The position numbers and the translations under genes were made by a program. A model generated the notes under the pieces. The model was given only the letters and a program-made list of their open reading frames with translations, had not been told where the DNA came from and ran no database searches. A DNA stretch of 60,858 nucleotides, counting the filler, from Guillardia theta CCMP2712 (lineage: Eukaryota; Protista; Cryptophyta), in assembly GCF_000315625.1 (NCBI RefSeq). It is 3 parts of 3 records of this genome, joined end to end, with 100 filler letters (N's around TTAATTAATTAA, not from the genome) between each part and the next. Parts side by side here need not be neighbours in the genome. Positions count along the whole stretch, not along the records: positions 1 to 15,562 come from NW_005434634.1; 2 more parts are not named here. One strand, written 5' to 3'. This document shows, in pieces, positions 1 to 13,804 of the stretch (positions within the stretch are counted from its first letter, which is position 1; every line of letters begins with the position of its first letter).

Positions 1-3000
1 AGGTGCGAGTGTCTGGCGGGCTGGGCGGGAGAGCGATGTAACGTGTCGGCGGGGGCGGCGGGGAGCGGGAGCTGCGGGGAGGGCTTCGCGGGGCCAGGGT
101 GCCGGGCCTGCTCGCAGGACGTGTACGGAGAGAACTGCTCGGCAGCCTGCAAGGCCGGGACGACCTGCAGCGGGCACGGGCGGTGCAGGGGAGTAGACGG
201 GAGGTGCGAGNNNNNNNNNNNNNNNNNNNNNNNNNNNNNNNNNNNNNNNNNNNNNNNNNNNNNNNNNNNNNNNNNNNNNNNNNNNNNNNNNNNNNNNNNN
301 NNNNNNNNNNNNNNNNNNNNNNNNNNNNNNNNNNNNNNNNNNNNNNNNNNNNNNNNNNNNNNNNNNNNNNNNNNNNNNNNNNNNNNNNNNNNNNNNNNNN
401 NNNNNNNNNNNNNNNNNNNNNNNNNNNNNNNNNNNNNNNNNNNNNNNNNNNNNNNNNNNNNNNNNNNNNNNNNNNNNNNNNNNNNNNNNNNNNNNNCAGG
501 GTGCCGGGCCTGCTCGCAGGACGTGTACGGAGGGAACTGCTCGGCAGCCTGCGAGGCCGGGACGACCTGCAGCGGGCACGGGCGGTGCAGGGGAGTAGNN
601 NNNNNNNNNNNNNNNNNNNNNNNNNNNNNNNNNNNNNNNNNNNNNNNNNNNNNNNNNNNNNNNNNNNNNNNNNNNNNNNNNNNNNNNNNNNNNNNNNNNN
701 NNNNNNNNNNNNNNNCAGGCCGGGCGCTGTGCGTCAACGGGTCCTGCGTGTGCAAGGAGAGCTTCACAGGGCCTCGTTGCGAGCGATGCGCGGCGGACCT
801 CTACGGGCCCAACTGCTCCGTCTACTGTACGGCCAACGGGACTTGCAGCGGGCAGGGCGTCTGCCGGGAGAGCGACGGGGGCTGCGAGTGCGAGCTGGGC
901 TGGGGAGGGCGCTGGTGCAACGTATCTAACACCTCCGCGACGGTAGCGGCGCCGTCAGGCTGTCTGTCAGCCCGAGACTGTAACGCTACAGCAGGCCGGG
1001 CGCTGTGCGTCAACGGGTCCTGCGTGTGCAAGGAGAGCTTCACAGGGCCTCGTTGCGAGCGATGCGCGGCGGACCTCTACGGGCCCAACTGCTCCGTCTA
1101 CTGTACGGCCAACGGGACTTGCAGCGGGCAGGGCGTCTGCCGGGAGAGCGACGGGGGCTGCGAGTGCGAGCTGGGCTGGGGAGGGCGCTGGTGCAACGTA
1201 TCTAACACCTCCGCGACGGTAGCGGCGCCGTCAGGCTGTCTGTCAGCCCGAGACTGTAACGCTACAGCAGGCCGGGCGCTGTGCGTCAACGGGTCCTGCG
1301 TGTGCAAGGAGAGCTTCACAGGGCCTCGTTGCGAGCGATGCGCGGCGGACCTCTACGGGCCCAACTGCTCCGTCTACTGTACGGCCAACGGGACTTGCAG
1401 CGGGCAGGGCGTCTGCCGGGAGAGCGACGGGGGCTGCGAGTGCGAGCTGGGCTGGGGAGGGCGCTGGTGCAACGTATCTAACACCTCCGCGACGGTAGCG
1501 GCGCCGTCAGGCTGTCTGTCAGCCCGAGACTGTAACGCTACAGCAGGCCGGGCGCTGTGCGTCAACGGGTCCTGCGTGTGCAAGGAGAGCTTCACAGGGC
1601 CTCGTTGCGAGCGATGCGCGGCGGACCTCTACGGGCCCAACTGCTCCGTCTACTGTACGGCCAACGGGACTTGCAGCGGGCAGGGCGTCTGCCGGGAGAG
1701 CGACGGGGGCTGCGAGTGCGAGCTGGGCTGGGGAGGGCGCTGGTGCAACGTATCTAACACCTCCGCGACGGTAGCGGCGCCGTCAGGCTGTCTGTCAGCC
1801 CGAGACTGTAACGCTACAGCAGGCCGGGCGCTGTGCGTCAACGGGTCCTGCGTGTGCAAGGAGAGCTTCACAGGGCCTCGTTGCGAGCGATGCGCGGCGG
1901 ACCTCTACGGGCCCAACTGCTCCGTCTACTGTACGGCCAACGGGACTTGCAGCAGGCAGGGCGTCTGCCGGGAGAGCGACGGGGGCTGCGAGTGCGAGCT
2001 GGGCTGGGGAGGGCGCTGGTGCAATGCTTCGAATGCTTCTAGTTTGACTGGATGTTTTTCTCTGTCGAAATGTAGCTCAGGTCAATATTTTAGTTTTGGA
2101 TGCAAGTGTTTCTCTTGCGCTGCTCGTCAGTGTCCGGATATGCATTTTTTACATGGTTGTGGTTTGGGGCATTTGGGCGTTTGCTCACCATGTTCTGTGT
2201 GTTCTAGCTCTCAGTATGTAACTCGCAACTGCTCTGGAAATGCGGACTCAGTATGTCTGAACTGTAGTGATCTTCCATGCAAGTCAGGATCTTATAGGTA
2301 TGGTTGCTCGAATTTCCATCAGGGGTCATGCTACCAATATCCTTCCATTGTTTCACAAAACAGCTCAATTCTTCCATCATTCACAGGATCGTCGAGCATT
2401 CATCTTCTGGTTCACTCTGACCAAATATACCCATTGAATCCTGTGGCGATGACTTGGTCTCCTCTCACAGCTCAGATTGATCCATCATGGTCAATTCAGA
2501 GCAACAATCAAACAATTTCCTTGATTCTGCTTATTTCGTACCCTGTTTATTTGGAAGGAAATTTTTCAATTTTCATATCACTCTGTGGTGGCAGATTGGA
2601 TTGTCTCAGGTCAGTAACCCTGTATGTGCGAGTCATCAAAGTTTTTCCTTTGGCTCTTTCAACACTCATTCCTTCGTTCGGATATACTTTCAGCGAGGTA
2701 GATCTCAGAGTCACACTGCAAAATGCACCATCTTCGTTGAAAACGGATGATTTGAAGATATATTTGACAAATCAAGATGGAACTGACCTGAACTATGGAA
2801 GAGTGAGCGCAGTTTCTGCTGTCGCTTCCGAGCCCTGTGCTACATGTACAAGCACATTTGTGATTAGCTTTCGAATGCCTGCTCTGATTCTTCCTTCAAC
2901 AGTGAACATTCATTTAGATTTTGCTTCTTCTTTACCAATGGAATCATCCGATGTGTGCAAAGTGGATGAGAATCAGGCTCATTGTGTCCTCAGTGGGTTC

Positions 3001-6000
3001 CAGTATCTGAAAGCTCGATCTCCTTACATCCCATCTACATCGATACAGCCATCAACGAACATTCTTACATCCAATTTGGGTGGAACGATTAGTTTTCATA
3101 TCAACAACGTGCCTGGCGTGATTGCCTTGAGATCGGGTCCTTCTATTGAGATCAAACAGTTTAATTGCTCTGATATCGTAGTACAATTCGGGTGGATACT
3201 TTCTTCGAGAACAATAACTGTTCAACCGTTTTCCTGCTCAAAGGATGGTCCGATGTACAGTGTTGGAACGTTACAATTAAGCCTCATGCTCACTGATCAG
3301 TTCTCGCTTGGACAGGCGTCTATGTCTGTCTTTGACTTGCTGAATCGTAGTGCTCCATTAGCATCATTCGAGCCCTTGGTGTTCTCAAATCCTTCTCTCC
3401 AAAGAATCAGTCGAATATCATCAAGCAATGGACAGGTCTCTTCTCTGAGTGGAGGGCAGCAAGTGATAAAACTGCCTCAATCTAAAGATTCTCTCTTGTC
3501 GCTAACGATTTCAAATATTCCAACTATGTCAACATACTCAGTCTGTATTGGAACCTTGAAGACTCGTATCAATTCTGAACAATATTTTAGCACAGCGCAA
3601 CAAGCAGTCCTATCCTTACAAACACAGGCACCACCAAAAAATCAGACTTTCATTCGAGGCATGATTTTAGAGGGAGCTAACGCAACATGCGATTCGCAGT
3701 ACTGTCAAGTGAATCCATCTCTTTGCTTTTCCATGGAATATTACAATGATCAGGTACCTTACATCTCACAGGTTTCAATTTCCCAAGGAACTGACTTTGG
3801 CGGAGATCAAGTGAGCGTGCAGTTTCAAAATTTCCCTGTCATCACAACAAGTCACCTGATAGACGCGTCCATCCAACCAGGCAATGTGGCAGCAAGTGTG
3901 TATCTTGTTCAGTCAAATTCTTTCATAACGCAGATTATGCTTACAACCCCAAGGTATAACTTAGGCAATGCAAACGATGCAAGCGTACAAGTTGAAATTA
4001 CTCTGCTGACCAATCCAATGTCCATTTTCAACTTTAATTTCCTTTACGTTCATACACCTGCTGAAATTGTTTCTGTGTTTCCAACGCAAGGACTAGCTTC
4101 TGGCAAACAGACGGTTTTGATACAAACAAAATATTTTCCCATCCCAATGAACATTCAGAAATGTATTTCAAATCAGTCCTACTGTTTGACAGTAACCTTT
4201 GGATCTGTTGCCCTTGATTCCAGATCAGGCAGTGGCAGATGTGACTCTGAGTACGGATCCTTCAAAATCCTTTCTACCTCAGACAATCTAAACTTGTACC
4301 TTTCTCTTTGTACTCCATCCATGTCAGGGCAGTCAGCGAGCATCATTATCTCACCAGCAGGTTGTAAGTCCCCCTGTGGATCTTCTTTGTCTACACAGCT
4401 TCAGCTGTATAGTGCGGCTCCTCTGCAAGTCTCTCCTCCATCAACGACTAGGGGGTTTACCGGCTCAGCGATTCAAGCCGATCTGTACGTACGGAATGTT
4501 CCGGCCTCTTTTTCCCTGGCAAATGGCAGCTCCATCACTTTGACAATGAAGTCAAGCGTGATGACAGACTTGACAGTGAAAAGCGTATCTCGATACTCGG
4601 GAACAACTTATAACGTGCAATACACCATTCCTGCACAATCAAATGCGAGACAAGTTCTCATTCAAGTTATGATAACCTCGTCTGGCCAAGAATATAAAAT
4701 TTCATTTCCCTTTCAGTTTGACAGCAACAATGAAGTTCTCCTTACGTCACTACAACCATCGGAAGCTCCAACTTCTTCGACAGTAGCTGGTCGAACTCTT
4801 CAATATCGAACACAAGTCAGCCTGATGGTGACTAACTTTCCCATGGTGAATTTGAATCAGCTCGTTGTAACGCTCGGTCTACTCAATTGCTCGAATCTTT
4901 CTCTTGTTCCCAATTGTGCCGCTCTATCACAGTGTCATCAATGGCGGATAACGGCATTGCTGCCATCGAGTTACTCGATTGGAAATCAGTCGTTGAGCAT
5001 ATTCACAATTGAAAATCAACGTCTCAGTCGCAAAATTTCGACTTCTGTTCAGTTTATAACTCCTTGTGACTTCGATAGTTTCTGCGGAGACATGTATCCC
5101 GATTACATCCGGATATTGCAATTCGCGCCGATATCATGCAGCAATCAATTTTGCATTCCTGGTTATGAAATCCCTGCGGCGAGAGTTGACTTTGTGACTC
5201 CTTCGCAGTTCAACCTTGCGACTGAGCAGACTATCCAGATAGCGTTGGAGAACTTTCCGGCAATGAGCATCTCAGACTTTCAAGTCTCTCTCGATACCAA
5301 CGAGTTTCAAGTGCAACCGTTGACCTACAGACTTCTGTCGGGTAGCAGTCTGACTGCAAGCAATGGCGTTTTGAAAGTATCACTTCCTGCAAGCAGCTTA
5401 ACAGGTTCAGTTACTGGCACGTTGAGCTTGAACGTCGCTGGCTCTCATCAAAGTTCTAAAGTGCAGTCAGCAACCTTCACTCTCGAGATTTTACCAAAGC
5501 TACAAGGTCATATCCAGGTATCAAGAACTAGCCCTCAACAAATTAGGCAATCTGAAGTGCTGCAGCTCAATGTGGATTTGAACAACATACCAATGTTTGA
5601 CTCGTCAAGTTATTCCTCCGCAGCTCCCTCGTGTGCTATCAATGATGACCCCGAAATTCAATGCCAAGCCTCCGTCCAGTCTTCGAGCATTAGCACAACG
5701 AAATTATGGCTGAATGCTCAGCCACCGGGGAAATGGAGCCCTGGCAACATGTCCATTTATCTTTCATTTCCGTTTAAGTCCTGGATGTGCTCTTGGTATG
5801 GATTTACGGGGGAATGTGGGGATGCGATCTCGAGGTACCTTACAGCATCCATAATATTACGAGTCGAGAAAGATCCGCCGCCTTCCATATCCTTGCAATA
5901 TCCTTTGGAGGGACCACAATTGTCTGTTCAAGTTTTCGTTACGACTGAAAATTTACCTTCCGGTCTTTCACCCTCGCATTTCAATGTTTCCTCATTGCAA

Positions 6001-9000
6001 TCAGACAAGAGTATCAGCGCAAGTATAATCGATGTTGTCTCGACATGTTCGCGGGCTGGTTGTACTACTTACAATTCCATCATTTCAATCACAAGGCCAC
6101 AAAATTTTACCGGAAATGCTTATTTTCAGTTGGAAGTAATCGATCATATTATAACATTTTCGTACAGGTTTCTTGGAATTAAGTACCCAAAAATCCTGAG
6201 CCTCAGTCCAGAAACGCAATACATTTGCTCGGATTACTCAACATCTCAACGGGTGACTGCAGTATTGAGCAACTTCCCAAATCCTTCTTGTGCCCTCAAG
6301 TCGAGTTGTGCCACGGAAGCATCGTCTCTGACAGTTGCTGGTGTTTCAGCCACTGTTGATAGTTTGTCTGATGCTAGTGGAAATCTGGTGGTTGATTTAA
6401 GCATAGCGTGCAGCAATACGGTTAAGACACTTTCAATCGCTCTCAGTGTTGCATCAGGTTTGTCCGTGAATTTTACATATTCATTCATACCTCCACAGGC
6501 TGTGTTGTCTACTTGTAACGTGCCTGACACTGGAGGAAACGTATCCGTTGGAGCATGGGGTATACGAGATGAGAAAGGAATTTCAGTCACAGGACTATCT
6601 GTTGCGTTTGGGCAGTTGTTGGCGAATCAATACAGCTTTCTAGTGGGCCCAACAGCTTTGACAACGTATGTCCAATTTCGATTACAAGTACCATCGATGA
6701 ATCCTGGAGTTAAGGTTGGAAGGATTTCAACCAACACCTTCACTTATCCGATGCTTTTTGCACTGAACGTCTACGGAACCCCTAAGGTTTCATTTGTAAG
6801 CGTAAATGACATCTCTGTGGATGGCCGGACTGACTTGAGCTTGAGTGGAGATTCGGCATACCTGCTGACTGTTATCGTGTCGAATCTACCAACAACTTCG
6901 ACGACAAACCTCAGGTTAACGATCAATTCACGCGTATGCAACTGTACTGTTGCAAGCGTGTGTAAAATCAGATGCGGAATTACGAGTTTGATAGAGACGG
7001 ACTCTGGGGTGCAAATGACTATCATCGCACCATCATCCAAATCATTGTTTGGATATGTGTACACAGGACCTGTAGAACTTTCTGTGCAGTATACCGGACT
7101 ACCATCAACACAAACCCTATCGCTCTTGCCCAGCACCTGCGGGGAGTACTCAGCAAGTGCCATGACAACGTTGAACTATTACATTCCAAGTCCTTCAGTA
7201 CTTTCTGTCCGCTTCTGCAAATCTTGTAACCGCGTGAGGGCCTTGTGCATCGTGCAGGACCTTTGCTCTAATCAAGTAGTCCCCTCACAAAACTCGATCT
7301 CGTATACATCACTTCAAGATTCGAACGCAGACAATGTGCTGGAGATTGTCGTGGACAACTTATACGTTTGGATACAATCAATCCAAGTGATTCAAGGAAC
7401 TTTAATCACTCCTGCTCAAGCAGTTTTCAGTTTCAATGGATTCCAAGGTCAGAGTGTCACAGGTGTCTCATTGATCAAGACACACGATTCGAACAGAATG
7501 AGCTTTCAGGTAGGTGTACCGAGTTCACTCCCGATTGGAGCCCTTGAGGCAACCATCTCTCTTTCTACACCTGCCTCTGTACCAATTTCAGTTCCTTTCA
7601 CAATCAGCGTGGTTGATGACAGGATGTCACTTGCGTGCTCAGGCAGCGGATGCATTGCTTCTACTGTTTCAGCGATACCCGTTGCTCTTGTTGCAGTAGG
7701 AATGCCATACAAATCTATTGACTCCGCTCGTAACGACTTGTCAGTGACAGTTGGAGGTTTGACAGCTCCTGAAGTCAACTTTCAAAGCATCAATGCCACA
7801 GGCTTATACCTCACGTTCGTCCCTCCGGACTTCACTTGCGCTTCTTGTTCGCTGCAAGCCGGCAGTGCTTACGTGAGCATTCTTGTGTCATCTTTGTCAG
7901 ACTCTAGCATTTCAGTCTCAGCTCGATTCTCGTACTGGGCCGCGCCGGAGCTGACGAGCGCGAACTTCGAGAGTGATGGCAGTTCCATCAGCCTCTCTTT
8001 TGACCAACCAACCGATCAAGCAGGAATGGACAGCTCTTACACTTCCTGCAACTTTGTTCTGACCTCTCTAGATGGACTGGGAGCATCGCCAACCTGTCGC
8101 TGGGTATCGAATGTGAAGCTAACGATTCAACTTGGTCAGAGTGCAAGCATCACACCTGGAAGTATCATACAAGTACAAAACATTAGGACAGTGAATAAGA
8201 TCTCTCAAAATTCGCTGTCATCTGCGACAGTAGGATCTCCACAGAACCCAGTTCGTCCGTTCGTGCAGCTCTACGGACCCCAGAAGATCGATGCATGTTC
8301 AACCTTGATCATCCAGACTTCGACATCCAGCACCCGCTCACTCGCCTATCAGTGGAGTTGCCTGAATGATGACACCTTGAATAGCACTCTAGCTCAGTAT
8401 CCTAGGTCTCAAAGTAGCTTGACGTTTGCTGCAGGATCTACAAGTATGAAAGTTGGAATCAACTACATCATAGCAGTGACAGTCATCGATTTCATGGGGA
8501 TCTCCAGCTCACAAGCGACCATCAATGTGATGAGAATCCAGAGTCCCATCCCTCAGGTCAAGTTCACGCCGTCATCACCTCTGACGGTCTCACCTAATCA
8601 AGACATTCTTGTGACAGTCGGGGCTGAATTCTCGCGGTGCTCACTTACAGAGGATAACATTGTCTTCTCATGGACGAGTTCTGCAGCCAATCAGCAGCTC
8701 AGGAGATATACCAGCCAAGCAAACAGTATCCTCTGGGTTCCATGGTCAGCTCTACAGTCAGGACAGACATACACTTTCACGCTGATTGTATCTCAACAGA
8801 ATTCAGTAGCTTCAACCAATTACACCTATCAAGTGGTCACCTCTGCTCTTCCTTTGATAGCGACCATCGCTGGAGGCTCGCAAACTTCGGTCCCAGTGAA
8901 CACTTTGCTCCAGCTTGACGCGAGCGGCTCACGCGACCCCAACCTTGCAACTGACGCTGCTCGGAATCTGCAATATTTGTGGAAATGCACTTATGTGGTA

Positions 9001-12000
9001 TCCGGTGCAGCTTCAGCATGTGTTGGGAATTCAGGACAAGCGATTGGATTCCCCTCGGACTCTCAGATTGTCGTGAACACGTCTATGATAGGAGGAACAA
9101 GTTTTTCACCCTATCAATTCACTGTCAATGTCCTCAAGCCTGGCTTCAACCCGACCTCGGCTACTATGACCGTACACGTGACGCGCCCGAATACGCCAGT
9201 GGCAAAGGTGTTCCCTTACGGCGATGTGCAGCGATTTGACTCAGTCATAGCAATCAGCTCATCGGATCGCCTGGCTCTGCAAGGAACTTGTGACAACCCT
9301 GCAAGCAGTCCATCATGGAAGATTGTACCGAATCCCAATGTTGATGCCGCCGATTTGAACATCTTTCCTCTCGGATGGAGCGAGTATGACTTCATTGTCC
9401 AAGGATCTGCTTTCTTAGTTGGAATCAAGTACAACTTGACCTTGGCATGCAAGTTGGGAGCTCTTGCTGGTGAGGCGATGCTCACAGTACAGCTCAATGC
9501 TCCACCTTCTGGTGGCTCGTGCACAGTATGCCTGCAACCCCAGGGTTCGACGTGCACGACGCAAGGGAGACCTCTCATTGACACGTTCGTGATGTCATGC
9601 TCTGGTTGGACAGGAGTGAACGTACCTCTCACTTACTCCTTCGGGTTCTCGATCCTCTCCTCAGGAAAGACTTATTGGTTTCCGCCGTCCATGATGAATT
9701 CCATTCAGATGCAGCTCCCTCAAGGTACTATCTCTGTCATTGCCAAGATCACAGACAGTCAAGGTGCCACAGCGCAGAGTCAAGTCGACACAGTAGAGGT
9801 CGGATGGTCTCGTCGAAGAATGCTTGCACAGGACTTGATGAGCGTCTGGGGACAAGTCAAGGCTTCTGTAGACAGTGCGATGAAGAAGGGAAACTTGTTT
9901 GGTGCCAATCAATTGATCTCTGCTGCTGCCTTGCAGGTCTCTTCACCGAAGAGTGCTGAGTCAGCTGTTGCCTTCATGTTGCAGACTCTATACTCAGAGG
10001 CAGACGCAATGCTGCCCTCTGAAAGCTACTATTCTCAGGTACTTGATACGATATCAGCTGTTACAAACGTTATTGCTTCTAGTAGCAATGAGGTGATTGC
10101 CAACATTACAACACTGCTAGAATCCTTGATAACAGGTTATCAAGGTTCTATTCAATCGAGTGTGACACTGCAGACCGCTGCCGACATCTACAGCTCGTGC
10201 TTGCTCATGAAGCATCAATTGAATGAGAGCGGAGCAAACTTGCTCTCTTACATGCTCAACGTCAGCGAAACGTTTGATGGAAGCCTGAAGCTGTTCTCTC
10301 AGTCTATGGTTCCAGGGATACAGAACGATCTCACCTCCAGTCTTGTGGCATCTAGTATCCGAGCTAATCCTGCACGAACAGCTGGCGTGCCAAGCCTTTT
10401 TGTCTTGCCGATCCCACGCAGGTCTGAAGAGAATCTCAAGTTGAAGAATGTCTCAATGATCTTCAATGCAAACCCATCGGCATCAGGACAAGAGTATTTC
10501 CTGTCAAGCCATGCGTTCTCGTTCAATGAGGTTCTCTACAACCAGTCTCTCCTATCTCGTTCAGATCTGATACGCACTTCACTTCATTCTACATCTTGGG
10601 GCCAAATGCTGCCTTGGTCAGCAGTCCGGATCCGGATCCCGATCTTCATATCAAAGCTGTTTGGCTACGAGAGAGAGATGGCTCGGTCTCAAATTCGTTG
10701 TGTTGCAGTGGAGCAGACAAATTCAGGCTTGGTATGTTCAGCTGACGTGTCAGAGTTCGATCAAGGAGTGCTCATCTGTCAGTGTAACTGGACCTTAGTC
10801 CGAAGAAGATCCATCCTCAGCTCTTCCAGCAATCTGCAAAGTCCCCTGGTGGTGTTTGCGGCACAGGAATTAGGCCTAGACAGCTGCATCAGACAGTACG
10901 ATTGCAGTGATGGATACTTTCTGGAGGGATGCGACACAAGCACCTCAAGTTCAAGTTCTGAATGCAAGGTGTATTACACAGCAACTCAATACTTCCCATG
11001 CAGCAACAGCAGACAGGCATCCTGTAGACGATGTTCTTCGAACTGTTCTGCTGGCTTCTTTATTTCCAAGCAGTGCGAGGTAAACTCCGACGTCGGCTGT
11101 AGTCCATGCGGTGCTGGGACATTCTCTGCAAACGGCGAAATCTGTCGTGACTGCCTCAAGGGAACATTCTCAGATTCGCAGGGACAGTCTGCATGCACCA
11201 GTTGCAGTCCCGGGTACTTCACCGACAAGTCAGCGTCGCATGCTTGCTCCATGTGTCCACCGGGTTCCTTCGCTGCTTCTGAGGGCTCGACCCAGTGCAC
11301 TTCATGCCCGGACGGAAGCAGCACGGCAGGGTCAGGCAGCACCTCGCAAGCGGATTGTGAGTGCTCCCCTGGTCGCTTCCTGCTGAACGGAACATGCACT
11401 CCATGCCCAGCAGGAACGTTCAAGGATGTTCTAGGTAACGGAAGGTGTCAAACTTGCCCTCTCAACTACACCTCGAGCGCTGGCTCTTCGCAGTTCTCAG
11501 ATTGTCATTGCGACCCTTCGAAACAGGATTGCTCCAACTGCAATGCTGGAACCTACCAGGAGGGCACCAAGTGCTCGCCTTGCCCCTTGAACTCATACTC
11601 ACAGCCGGGCAGTTGGCTCATGACTCAATGTTTCTGTAACAAGGGATATGACAGCCTGGCTCCTTCAGGATGCAGCGCCTGTCCGGCAGGGAAGTACAAG
11701 GCAACGAGTGGCAATGATGGATGCAAAAGTTGTGATCACAATACAACCACAACGATGTCGGCACAAGCTTCTTGCGTTTGCGTTCCAGGTTACTATGACG
11801 CAAGTGCCTCGGGCAAGTGTAAGGTTTGTCCAGCAGGGACGTACAGTTCTCAGCGCTATGGGGCATCTTCTTGCCTACCCTGCTCTCAACACTCAACGTC
11901 AGCGCCGGGAAGCGCGTCGGTAGCGAGCTGTTTCTGCCAGCCAGGATATGTCAACTCTTCCCTCGGATGCAAGCCGTGTCCTGCAGGCTCATATCAGGAC

Positions 12001-13804
12001 TCAACCACGGGCGCATGCGTCTCATGTCCTGCCAACCACCTCTCTGCCCCGGGCTCAAGCAAGTTGAACGACTGTTACTCATGCAAGACCTGCGGTCAAT
12101 CTCAATATGTTATAGGATGCAATGCAGACAACTTGGGAAATTGCAAGCAATGCACCTCCTGCTCTTCCGGACAATATCTGGTTCAAGACTGCAAATGGAA
12201 TATGAATAGAATATGTTTTAACTGCACTGTTTGCTCCAAGACAGAATATGTATCTACTCCGTGCTCTGAGTCTTCCGATACAATCTGCAGTTCCTGTATA
12301 CAGGAGAATTGCAAGAAAGGGTATTACTGGAGTGGATGTGATGGTATTTCTAAAGGAAGATGCATCAAGGGGTCTACATCAAGCTTTCAAGTGCATCTCT
12401 CCACAACAGCTCAGTTTTCTTATGAGTACCAGGTGCTATTTATCAAAGCAGTGGCTGAAACGGCTCAAGTCAGTGTTTCCGATGTGATCTTGTTGAGCTT
12501 TCAGCAGCTCAGTAGAAGAGCAAGCTATTCCTACAGCATCGAGTTTTCTATTGTCAACTATGCTTCGACGCTGTCCGAGAACAAGTTGAATAACAACATC
12601 AAGAAACAAACAGGATTCGTGGGAATCTCCAACTTGAAGGAAACCTCGCAGGCAAACAAGAACTCCACGAGTGCTGCTGGAGGGATTGCAGCCGCCCCGA
12701 CAGCGACGTCGAGTGAGAACAAGAGCAGCAGCAGTGGAAGTTCATCCATTGTCATCATATCAGCTGCTGCTGGTGGTGGTGGGGCTTTCTTGGTCTCTAT
12801 TGCAATCTACATATTGTACAGAAGACGGGTAGTCATGAGGAAGCAATCATCTCATCCCAGTGAAGATGTGCAGACACACGATCAGACTCAAGCTCAAGCC
12901 AACACAGTCTCAGACTTCGACAAGAGGTTCAAAGTCGAAAGAGTCGGAGACGCACGGTCAGATGTCGATAGAGTCGGAGATGCCCATGCAAGAGTTTCAG
13001 ACCACTGCGAGATCATCTCAGATGTCGAAAGGTATTCTCAACCTTCTACCATCTACTTTCTGACCTCGATGAATCAGGTTGTCCGATAGAAACTTGGAAA
13101 GCCATGGCGATGGTTCTCCCTTTGATTCTACCGAGGCTTTCAGTGCTTCGGGAAACAGCTTTTTCCCTTACACATGCGATCATTTGATAGATGCAGACAG
13201 CAATTTGAATTTTCAGCAGTGCTTCAAAGAGGAGATCGAAGAGGTCGAAGAAGATGACATGCTTCTTACTGCATTTCACATTCAGAACAAGTAAATCTAC
13301 CTCGATGATGCCTTATGTTCTGACTGCTTTCTGACAGGATTGCGAATCTCGATGTGGAGAAATCGAAGCATCTCGCTGAGAAGCAGCTTCGCAAGTGGAA
13401 ACGAGGTCACTCTAGCGCAGGGACAGTTGCGGTTGACGCTTCTCTTGTCTTTCTCACCTCCAAGACCGAGGCTGATGACACCTCATGCGGTATCGCTGCT
13501 GCTCGAACAAGACGGCTGAAGACTATGATGGGCCGTAAGTGAACCACAATTCATCCGCGTCGTCGTACCCACAACAAACCAGTAAATTGATGAATCATGT
13601 CAACACATAAGTGTGTATGGTATTCAACATAATGAAACTCCACCGTACAATAGACACCCATCAGCAACTGGTGACCATGCCATCCGATCTCATCAGTCCC
13701 GCCATGTCATCGCTGCCCGTAGAGTATTTGACGAGGGGCCTTCAACATGCCATGATGCTGGCAGCGACTCTAGTGAGAGAGAGAAAGCCGCAAGTGGCTC
13801 ATAA
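1..13804 (+). CDS. Giant cysteine-rich single-pass membrane protein (EGF/laminin-like repeats, IPT/TIG-like domains, REJ/PKD-like region, GPS-like motif, GCC2_GCC3/TNFR-like repeats, one TM, cytoplasmic tail); 5'-incomplete
   Basis: Frame is open from the window start to ~13031. EGF-like CxCxxGWGGxxC repeats at 1-2022; IPT-like PxIxxVxPxxG motifs at ~2650-8000; REJ-like region at ~8250-9810 (YQWSC, LDASGSRDP, NAPPSGGSC, PLTYSF); CxxCPxGTF repeats at ~11000-12370; TM IVIISAAAGGGGAFLVSIAIYILY-RRR at ~12748-12828. GT-AG introns 13032-13077 and 13291-13337 join ORFs 13079 and 13354 in frame. The 13613-13804 ORF is the likely last exon. Confidence 0.85.
717..2022 (+). repeat. 276-bp (92-aa) coding tandem repeat, ~4.7 near-identical copies
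   Basis: Units start at about 717, 993, 1269, 1545 and 1821 and give identical shadow ORFs 276 nt apart. A different EGF-type unit is seen at 1-210 and 497-598. Confidence 0.95.

Noticed and set aside
822-2042. Repeated 66-73 aa shadow ORFs on both strands
   Set aside because: Alternative-frame readings of the GC-rich 276-bp coding repeat.
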